Shown here: piece after piece, positions 56,721 through 64,000 of the stretch
Layout: each line of letters begins with the position of its first letter
Position numbering within the stretch: the first letter of the stretch is position 1
DNA from: Thermoplasmata archaeon
Lineage (GTDB): Archaea; Thermoplasmatota; SW-10-69-26; JACQPN01; JAJPHT01
Reading direction: 5' to 3'
NCBI GenBank assembly: GCA_034667685.1
Contig: JAXDQU010000025.1
Coordinates: 1-64,000, forward strand
Length of the DNA stretch: 64,000 nucleotides
Notes under the pieces: generated by a model
What the model saw: only the letters and a program-made list of their open reading frames with translations
What the model was told of the DNA's origin: nothing
Databases searched by the model: none
Position numbers and translations under genes: made by a program

Positions 56721-59642
56721 TTACGCGATGTAGACCGCCGGCTTGCGCACGTTGGCGAACCGCGCCTTCCCGCCCAGGTCGTCGAGCCCCGGATCGTCCG
56801 CGCCCTGCACGAGCACCTCGCAGCCGAACTCCGCCCGCAGGAACGGCACGCTCTCGCGCAGGATCGCCGCCTCGTCGAGCGCCAGGCCGCGCGCCGCCAG
56901 CTCCGCCTCGCCCAGGTTCGCGAGCGCCTTCACCGCGTCCGCCGCGAGCTTGGGCGCGTCCTTGGCGCCCTTCGCCCTGATATCGGGGTCCGCCATCGCG
57001 GCCTTCATCATCGCGGGCACGGTCAGCTCCTTGCGCCGCGCGAGGTCGACCGCCAGCTCGTGGAACCGGCGCTTCCAGGCCGGCGCGGTCGTCAGCGCCA
57101 TCTGCTTGGGCACGATCTTCGTCACCTTCAGGATGTTGCGCACGTCATCGAGCAGGTCGCGCACGAACCGCTCGCTCTCTTCGAGCGCGGGGTCCGCGGC
57201 GCCGGCGGGGACCGGATACGCGACGTCGAGCGCGGAGCCGGGCCACCCGCGCGCCTCGTGCACCTCGCACGCGACCGCGGGCACGATGGGCGTGAGCAAG
57301 GCGTTCTGCACGCGCGAGAACCGGTCCCACACCTGCTGGTGCGGCGTGCCGCCCGCGCGGCGGACGTACCAGCTCCACTCGCGCTGCACGTCGTGGAAGC
57401 CCGTCTTGATCGCGCTGCGGAAGTTGGCCTCCTCCATGTTCTGGCGCGTCTCGGCCACGAGGCGGTCGAGCGTGCCCAGGAACCAGCGGTCGACGGTGGA
57501 GAGCGCGCCCTCGCGCGTCTCGGGGTCGCCGGTCGCCAGCTCGACCCAGCCGCGCAGGAGGCGGCCCGCCTTGGCGGCGACGTCGCGGTCGAAGTTCGCG
57601 TCGTCCACGCCCTCGCCCGCGAACGTCAGCGCCCAGCGCGTGGCCGAGGCGCCGTAGCTCTCGAGCGCCTGGCGCAGCGTGATGAAGTTGCCGCGGCTCT
57701 TGCTCATCTTCTCGCCGTCGACCATCACCCAGCCGTTGACGCCGATCGCGCGCGGCCACATCTTGGGATCGTCCCACACCGCGGCGTGGTTGAACACCAT
57801 GAACGTGAGGTGGTTCTGCACGAGGTCCTTGCCCGAGTTGCGGAAGTCGAGCGGATACCAATAGCTGAACTCGGCGCGCGCCTGCTCGACGATCGCGGGC
57901 GTGACCGTCCCGCGCGCGGCGTGCTTCGCGTCGCCCTTGCCCAGGAAGACGAAGTCGAAGAAGGCGTCCGAGAGGTCCTTCGCGTCGACGCCGCTCCTCG
58001 CGGGGCCGCCGCTGGGGCTCTGCTTCTCCAGGAGGTGCGCGACCGCGTAGTAGGCCATGTAGACCGTGCTATCACTGAGCGACTCGATGAGCCAGCGCGG
58101 GTCCTGCGGCAGGTGCGTGCCCAGGCCGTGCTCGCGCGTGCAGGCCCAGTCGCGCAGCCAGTCGACGACGTACTCGAACTGCTTGCGCACGGCGGGCGGG
58201 TAGAACTGCATGCGGTCCATCGCCGCGTGCGTCTCCTTCTTCCAGGCGTCCTCGCCGTAGCGGATGAACCACTGGTCGCTGACGATCTTCACGACGCTGG
58301 GCGTGAGGCACCGGCACACGACGGGGGCGCTGGGCCAGTAGCCCACGACGGCCTCGTGGCGCGAGACGAGCCACGCCCGGATCCTCTCCTTGGCGTCCGC
58401 GACCTTCAGCCCCGCGAAGGCGAGCGCGTTGGGCAGCATGACGCCCTCGTAGAAGCCGGCCTGGTACGCCTTCTCGGTGGCCTCGGCGATCCGGGCCGCG
58501 TCCTTGTCGTCGCGCGCGCCGGTCTCCGCGATCGCGCGGGCCGCGCTCTCCGTCCCGTACTTCTGCGTCTCGATGACGGGGACGACCGTGATATCACGGG
58601 CGATCGCGCCGATGGGTCCTTCGAGCGCCTGCGCGGCGCGAAGCGAGAGGAGGTCCTGGGGCGAGTCGGAGGGCACGCTGGTCACGATGCCGGTGCCCTT
58701 CTCGTGCTTGATGAACGCCGCGGGCAGGATCGGGATCGACGCGCCGGTTCCGGGCGCCTTCACGCGCAGCCCAAGGAGGTCGCCCCCGCGCGCCGTGGCG
58801 TGCGGCTGCGCCAGGTCCTCGAATTGATAGCGCAGGTCGGCCGCGGCCTTGGCGTTGAGGATCCACGTCTCGGCGCCGCGCTTGACCGCGACGTACTCAT
58901 GCTCCGGGTCGACCCAGGCGTTCGTCTGGCCGAACACCGTATCGGGGCGCAGCGTCGCCGCCACGAGGAAGACGTGCCCGTCCAGGTGGAGCTTCTGCGG
59001 CGTCTCCAGCGCCATCTTGTAGAGCGTCCACTCCTGCGGCGTCTCACCCTCGCCGCTGTAGCGGTCGTGGTCCGCGACGACGGCGCTGTCCTTCGGGCAC
59101 CAGATGACGGCGTGGCGCCCCTTCGCGACGCGCCCCTTCTCGCCCAGCTTGCGGAACTGCCACTGCACGAACGCGTCGTAGTGCGGGTTGAGGTCGGTGG
59201 TGATGAACTCGCGGCGCCAGTCCACGTGCATGCCCAGGCGCGTCACGTCCTCGCGCCACAGCGGCGGGAAGTAGCGCACCCAGTGGACGGGGTCGGCGAA
59301 CCGTGGGATCTCCGAGGCGGGGATGCCCTGGTCCTGGAGGATCTTGATCTGCTGCGCGTCGCCCTCGCGCACGCGGTTGGCCGCCGCGACGATGGGCGTG
59401 CCCGTGACGTGGAACGCGAACGGGAAGAGGACGTTGTGCCCCTGCATCCGGTGATATCGGATCATGAGGTCGCTGCGCAGCATCGTGAACGCGTGCCCCA
59501 CGTGCGCGAAGGCGTTCATGTACGAGTACGGGTAGGTCGCGAAGAACTTCGGGCGGCCGGGCTGGACGCGCGGCTCGTGCGCGCGTGCCTTCGCCCAGCG
59601 CTCCAGCCACTTCGCCTCGACCTGCGGAAGCTCGCTCGTCAC
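56721..59642 (-). CDS. leuS: leucine--tRNA ligase (archaeal type)
   Basis: YPYSYMNAFAHVGH, ATLRPDT, GTGIVTSVPSDSP, IESLSDST, GKDLVQNHL, KMSKS. Confidence 0.95.
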   Translation of the reverse strand: MTSELPQVEAKWLERWAKARAHEPRVQPGRPKFFATYPYSYMNAFAHVGHAFTMLRSDLMIRYHRMQGHNVLFPFAFHVTGTPIVAAANRVREGDAQQIKILQDQGIPASEIPRFADPVHWVRYFPPLWREDVTRLGMHVDWRREFITTDLNPHYDAFVQWQFRKLGEKGRVAKGRHAVIWCPKDSAVVADHDRYSGEGETPQEWTLYKMALETPQKLHLDGHVFLVAATLRPDTVFGQTNAWVDPEHEYVAVKRGAETWILNAKAAADLRYQFEDLAQPHATARGGDLLGLRVKAPGTGASIPILPAAFIKHEKGTGIVTSVPSDSPQDLLSLRAAQALEGPIGAIARDITVVPVIETQKYGTESAARAIAETGARDDKDAARIAEATEKAYQAGFYEGVMLPNALAFAGLKVADAKERIRAWLVSRHEAVVGYWPSAPVVCRCLTPSVVKIVSDQWFIRYGEDAWKKETHAAMDRMQFYPPAVRKQFEYVVDWLRDWACTREHGLGTHLPQDPRWLIESLSDSTVYMAYYAVAHLLEKQSPSGGPARSGVDAKDLSDAFFDFVFLGKGDAKHAARGTVTPAIVEQARAEFSYWYPLDFRNSGKDLVQNHLTFMVFNHAAVWDDPKMWPRAIGVNGWVMVDGEKMSKSRGNFITLRQALESYGASATRWALTFAGEGVDDANFDRDVAAKAGRLLRGWVELATGDPETREGALSTVDRWFLGTLDRLVAETRQNMEEANFRSAIKTGFHDVQREWSWYVRRAGGTPHQQVWDRFSRVQNALLTPIVPAVACEVHEARGWPGSALDVAYPVPAGAADPALEESERFVRDLLDDVRNILKVTKIVPKQMALTTAPAWKRRFHELAVDLARRKELTVPAMMKAAMADPDIRAKGAKDAPKLAADAVKALANLGEAELAARGLALDEAAILRESVPFLRAEFGCEVLVQGADDPGLDDLGGKARFANVRKPAVYIA

Positions 59643-59761
59643 GGGCGCCGCGAACGCCCCGACCCTATTTATCCGGTTCCGCCCAGCAAGACAATCCTTG
59701 CCAACGGACACGGCGAGGCGCGGCGTTGCAGGCCGCGGCGGTCCTCCGCCAGGAACCTGAC

Positions 59762-61726
59762 ATGAACGTCCGAACCGGAAGCACCCTCTTGGCCCTCGCG
59801 CTCGCGGTGGCCCTCCTTCCCGCGACCCTCGCGCACACCTCGGAGGGCGCGCTCGTCCTTCACCCGGGCGACGCGCCCGTGGGCGTGCTGCGCGCCGACT
59901 CCCTCGACGTCCCCGCGGGCGTCTCCGTGCAGGCCGCGGGACCCCTCTCGCTCGTGATCGACGGGCCCGTCACGATCGCGGGCACGCTCGCGGCCGCGCC
60001 CGGCGCGCCCCTGGAGATCGTCGCCGCGGGCGACGTCACGATCCAGGGCGCGCTCGTGGGCGGCGCGGGCGCGGACGGAACGGCCGTCGCGACCCAGGTC
60101 GTCGGCGGCATCGCGCACCTCGCCGGCGAGCGCGGCGCGGACGCGCCCGGCGTCTCCCTCCGCACGCCCAGTCTCCTCGCGCTCGCGCCAGGCGCGCGCC
60201 TCGAGACCGGGCGCGGCGGCGAGGGCGCGAGCCTCGTCCTCGACCACGCGATCGACGGCGCGCCCCTCGGGCTCGTCGCGCGCGCGGGCGACGCGGGCCA
60301 TGGCGGCGCGCTCGCGCTCGACGCAACCTCCTACCGCCTGGAGGGCGCGATCCTGCTGGGCGCGGGCGGCCAGGGCGGCGCGGCGATCGCGAACCTGGGC
60401 CACGACGCGCTCCCGGGCTTCGCGCTGAGCGTCGTGGGCGGCCACGGCGGCAACGCCGGCATGCCCACGCTCGCCCACGGGCCGAGCCTCGGCGCGATCC
60501 CCGGCCTCGGCGGCGCGGGCGGCCAGGGCGGCGACGCGCTCGCCATCGCCCCCCAGGGCGGCGGCGTCCGCGAGGCGTCCGGCAGCTGCGGCGACAACGG
60601 CGAGGACGCCACCGACTCCGCCTCCACGGGAAGCGAGGCGCAGTCCGTGACCGTCTCGGGCACCGCGGGCGGCGACGCCCCCGCCGGCTGCGCGGGCAGC
60701 CCGGGCGGACCCGGCGGCCAGGGCGGCTTCGGCGGCCGCGGCGGCTCGGCCACCGCGCAGGGCGGCAGCGGCGGCGAGGACTGCCGCTCTCCCCACATGC
60801 CCGACGGCGGCTCGGCCACGGCCTACGGCGGCCGGGGCGGCGCGGGCGGCGACGGCGGCGCGGGTGGCGCAGGCGCGAGCGGCTCGGGCGGCTCGCCCGG
60901 CCAGCCCGGGGGCACCGGCGGCAGGGCCGGCTCGGGCGGCATCGGCGGCCAGGCCATCGCGCAGGGCGGCCAGGGCGGCGACGACGAGTGCTGGTTCAGC
61001 GACGACGACGGCAACGGCGGGAGCGCCTTCGCCGTGGGCGGCAACGGCGGCTCGGGCGGCGATGGCGGCGCGGGAGGCGCGGGTGGCGCGGGAAGCATGA
61101 ACCCGAACCCGTGCCTCTGGGGCCCCGGCGGCATCGGCGGCGCGGGCGGGTCGGGCGCGTCGGGCGGACCCGGCGGAGCGGCCAGCGCGAAGGGCGGGTA
61201 CAACGGCGACGGCGACGCCGGCAGCCAAGCCTCCGCCAACTCGCGCGCGGGCCACGCGGGCGCGGGCGGCTCCTCGGGCGGACCGGGCGCGCACGGCGCG
61301 GACCCGGCTCCGTGCTGGTGGTGGCAGCCGGTGCCCCAGTGGGACGACCAGGACGCCATCGTGACGAGCGCGGGCCAATCCGCCAGCGACGGCGCGACCT
61401 CCGGCTCGGCCACGCTGGGCTCGGGCTTCGACCAGGCCAGCGCGGCGGACGATGGCGCCGAGGCGGCCTCCCACGCGGCGCAGGGCACGATCCCGCCGGC
61501 GCCCCAGATCATCGCCCCGGAGCCCAGCTGCACGCCGGCCTACACCGTCCAGGCGGGCACGACCACCACGGGCAGCGTCGGGCCCACGTACTACGTGATG
61601 CCCAACGGCGCGCTCGTGGAGGAAAGCAACCGGCAGCCGGGCCTCCAGTGCGACCCGCCCAGCCCCGCCAACCCGTGGGGTCCCGACGCGGTCGTCGTGC
61701 CGCCCTTCGACACGCCGGTCGAGTAG
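59762..61726 (+). CDS. secreted Gly-rich PGRS-like protein
   Basis: signal peptide; long GGxGGxGG tracts with interspersed Cys. Confidence 0.8.
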   Translation: MNVRTGSTLLALALAVALLPATLAHTSEGALVLHPGDAPVGVLRADSLDVPAGVSVQAAGPLSLVIDGPVTIAGTLAAAPGAPLEIVAAGDVTIQGALVGGAGADGTAVATQVVGGIAHLAGERGADAPGVSLRTPSLLALAPGARLETGRGGEGASLVLDHAIDGAPLGLVARAGDAGHGGALALDATSYRLEGAILLGAGGQGGAAIANLGHDALPGFALSVVGGHGGNAGMPTLAHGPSLGAIPGLGGAGGQGGDALAIAPQGGGVREASGSCGDNGEDATDSASTGSEAQSVTVSGTAGGDAPAGCAGSPGGPGGQGGFGGRGGSATAQGGSGGEDCRSPHMPDGGSATAYGGRGGAGGDGGAGGAGASGSGGSPGQPGGTGGRAGSGGIGGQAIAQGGQGGDDECWFSDDDGNGGSAFAVGGNGGSGGDGGAGGAGGAGSMNPNPCLWGPGGIGGAGGSGASGGPGGAASAKGGYNGDGDAGSQASANSRAGHAGAGGSSGGPGAHGADPAPCWWWQPVPQWDDQDAIVTSAGQSASDGATSGSATLGSGFDQASAADDGAEAASHAAQGTIPPAPQIIAPEPSCTPAYTVQAGTTTTGSVGPTYYVMPNGALVEESNRQPGLQCDPPSPANPWGPDAVVVPPFDTPVE

Positions 61727-61752
61727 AAACGCCCACATCCGGATCGGCCGGC

Positions 61753-62445
61753 GTGGACGCGGAAGGCGTGGACGTGGACCGGCTCAGCGGCCAGCTCAAG
61801 GCGCTCGCGCACCCCGCGCGGCTCGACCTCCTGCGGCTGCTGCGCCGGCCCAGCGCGCCCCTCGACGTGGTCGTGCGTCCGCGCCGGGCCGATCCGAACC
61901 TCCAGGCCGAGCGCGCCATGTCGCGCCAGGGCGTGGACGAGCACCTCCGCCCGCTCCTGCGCGCCGGCGTCGTCACGCGCGTCGAAGGCGAGGGCCCGCC
62001 GCGTTACGTCACGAGCGCCCAGCGCCTCTTCGCGCTCGTCGAGGACCTGCGCAGCCTGACCGCGCTGGAGCCCGAGATGCGCGTCGACGTGAACGCGACG
62101 CTCGCCGCGCGCCCCGCCGAGGCGCCCCTCTGGCCCGCGGCGCCGCGGCTCGTGCTCCTGGGCGGACCGTGGGAAGGACGCGCGTTTCCCCTGGCGGGAC
62201 CGGGCCCGTGGAGCGTGGGCCGCTCGCGCGAGCGCGACGTCGCGCTCACCTACGATCCCTTCGCGAGCGCCGAGCAGGCGCGCGTCGAGCGCGACGCGGA
62301 GGGCGGCTTCCGCCTGGTCTCCGAGCCCGCGGCGCGCAACCCCGCGCGCCTCAACTTCGCCCCCCTTCCGCCCGGCGAGGCGCGCGGCCTGCGCGCGGGT
62401 GATATCATCGGCGCGGGGCGCTCGCACCTCATCGCGCAGCTTTGA
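61753..62445 (+). CDS. ArsR-type wHTH regulator fused to an FHA domain
   Basis: LKALAHPARLDLL..MSRQGVDEHL; WSVGRS..DPFAS..RN..LRAGDII. Confidence 0.8.
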   Translation: MDAEGVDVDRLSGQLKALAHPARLDLLRLLRRPSAPLDVVVRPRRADPNLQAERAMSRQGVDEHLRPLLRAGVVTRVEGEGPPRYVTSAQRLFALVEDLRSLTALEPEMRVDVNATLAARPAEAPLWPAAPRLVLLGGPWEGRAFPLAGPGPWSVGRSRERDVALTYDPFASAEQARVERDAEGGFRLVSEPAARNPARLNFAPLPPGEARGLRAGDIIGAGRSHLIAQL

Positions 62446-64000
62446 GCGCCGCGCGGAACGCCGCCGCGCCCGCGGGCCGGCGCCGGGGCTCCTTCGCGAG
62501 CGCGCGGGCCAGGAGCGCCTCCAGCCGCGCCGGCACGCGCGGGTGCGGCAAGCGCGGCGCGTCGTCGAGCACGCGGGCGCGCGCCTCCAGCGCGCTTACC
62601 CCGGCGAGGTCGAGCGGGTGCTCGCCCGTGAGCAGCCGGTAGAGCACGGCGCCCGCCGCGTAGACGTCGGCGGCCGCGCGCGGCGCCTCGCCCGCCGCGA
62701 CCTCCGGCGCCATCGTCGCGAGCGAGCCCTCGACGGCCGCGCCCGTGAGCGTCGCGCCCGGGTCCGCCGCGCGCGCCGAGCCGAAGTCCGCCAGCACGCC
62801 GCGCCCCTCCGCGTCGAGGAGAAGGTTCTCGCACTTCACGTCGCCGTGCACGAGGCCCGCCGCGTGCAGCGCCTCCAGCCCCTCGAGCAGGTCGTCCGCG
62901 AGCGCCAGCGCTCGCTCCGGCGCCAGCGGCCCCTCGCGCGCGAGCAGGTCCGCCGCGCTCCCGCCCGGCGCGCGCTCCATCACGAGGAACGCCTCCCCCT
63001 CGCGCCGATCGACCTCCAGGAGCCGCACCACGCGCGGGCTGCGGACGGCCGCGAGCGCGCGCGCCTCCGCGACGACGCGCGCCCCCTCGCGCGCGGAATG
63101 ATATCGCTTCACCACCACCTCGCGCCCGGTCTGCGCGTCCGTCGCCAGGCGCACCGTCGCGGTGGCGCCCCGGCCGATCTCGGCGCCCAGCACGTAGCGG
63201 CCCACCGTGTCGCGCGACTCCAGGCCGCGCCGGAGCAGCTCGTCCTCCCGCGCGCTCACGCCCAGGTCGCGGCGCAGCTCCGCCAGGAGCGCCTCGGCGT
63301 CGCGCCCCTTCGCGCCGCGCGCCGCCGCGAGCGCCGCCGCGTAACGCCGGGCGCGCTCCGAGACCGCGCGCGGATCGTCGGCCGCGAGCAGCGCGCGCGT
63401 CGCAAGGAGGTCGAGCGGGCCCCACGCGGCCGCGATCGCCACGAGCGCCACGGCGCCCGCAGCCGCGAGCCCCAGCGCGCTCTCCCCGAGCGCTGCCAGC
63501 CCCGCGAGGCCCGCGCAGGCGCCCAGCGCCGCCGCGAAAAATGCGCGCAGCGCCGAGCGGGCCCGCGCTCGCTCGCGCTCCCCCGCGCCCGCGAGGCCGT
63601 AGCGCGCCACGGCGAGCACGACGGCGGAGACGAAGAGGAGCCGCAGCAGCAGCTCGGGGCCCGCGTAGCCCGGCAGCGCGCGCAGCACGTCCGGGCGCGC
63701 CGCGAGCAGGCCGTCGAGCCCGCCCAGCGAAGCCAGGAGAAGCGCCACGAGGCCGAACGCGCGCGCGAGCCCGCGCAGGTGGAGCAGCACGAGCGCGCCC
63801 CCCACGAGCGCCGCGCCGGCGCGCAGGGCGAGCGTCGGCTCCCCGAGCGCGCGGGGCGAGAGGACCGCGAAGGCGAGGAAGAAGCTCCCCGCGTAGAGAA
63901 GGAACGCTCCGAACGCCGCGCCCAGCAGCGCGGCGGCGCGGCGCCCCGTCTCGGGCTGCGCCTCGTCCCGCGCCTCCCGCGCCGCGGCGACGACGAACGC
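62429..64000 (-). CDS. membrane-bound Ser/Thr protein kinase (5' end beyond the window)
   Basis: GRGATATV, VVVK, HGDVKCEN, DFG, MAPE, DVYAAG; multi-TM N-terminus; frame open to 64000. Confidence 0.9.
   Translation of the reverse strand, partial: AFVVAAAREARDEAQPETGRRAAALLGAAFGAFLLYAGSFFLAFAVLSPRALGEPTLALRAGAALVGGALVLLHLRGLARAFGLVALLLASLGGLDGLLAARPDVLRALPGYAGPELLLRLLFVSAVVLAVARYGLAGAGERERARARSALRAFFAAALGACAGLAGLAALGESALGLAAAGAVALVAIAAAWGPLDLLATRALLAADDPRAVSERARRYAAALAAARGAKGRDAEALLAELRRDLGVSAREDELLRRGLESRDTVGRYVLGAEIGRGATATVRLATDAQTGREVVVKRYHSAREGARVVAEARALAAVRSPRVVRLLEVDRREGEAFLVMERAPGGSAADLLAREGPLAPERALALADDLLEGLEALHAAGLVHGDVKCENLLLDAEGRGVLADFGSARAADPGATLTGAAVEGSLATMAPEVAAGEAPRAAADVYAAGAVLYRLLTGEHPLDLAGVSALEARARVLDDAPRLPHPRVPARLEALLARALAKEPRRRPAGAAAFRAALKAAR

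Noticed and set aside
1-64000. Numerous long antisense or alternative-frame ORFs
   Set aside because: Expected from stop-codon scarcity in very GC-rich DNA; no motifs and they overlap well-supported genes
1-64000. CRISPR array or cas genes
   Set aside because: Repeats are palindromes or coding paralogues; no repeat-spacer periodicity and no Cas motifs seen

Overview
High-GC archaeal chromosome segment, most plausibly Thermoplasmatota (inferred from an archaeal-type LeuRS, a PGF-CTERM sorting signal, tRNA genes without encoded CCA and RHH regulators). The left part holds a futalosine menaquinone cluster (UbiA/MqnP-like, mqnC, mqnA, mqnE, a nucleoside phosphorylase), nadE, a rhomboid and hbd. 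Next come five paralogous Cys/Asp/Gly-rich secreted proteins sharing a positionally conserved upstream motif, a small-laccase-like multicopper oxidase split over two genes, a formaldehyde dehydrogenase-like gene, a 34-aa peptide plus ATP-grasp ligase (graspetide-like RiPP locus), two ABC systems, a pstS pseudogene, tRNA-Gln(CTG), RNase HI and tRNA-Val(TAC). A ~15.7 kb element is integrated in the tRNA-Val 3' end (13-bp direct repeat CCTGCTCGGCCCA at 35464-35476 and 51174-51186). It encodes a tyrosine integrase, a divergent RHH pair with a perfect operator palindrome, small beta-rich and membrane proteins, an FtsK/HerA-type ATPase, a TGT-like protein, a serine resolvase and a wHTH/Rep_trans-like initiator; this looks like a small tailless archaeal provirus. 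The right part holds two further paralogous large secreted proteins, a DUF4097-like lipoprotein, leuS, a PGRS-like Gly-rich secreted protein and an ArsR-FHA regulator convergent with a membrane Ser/Thr kinase. Several families of long intergenic palindromes are present. No CRISPR array or rRNA was seen. All calls come from reading motifs by eye; no searches were run.
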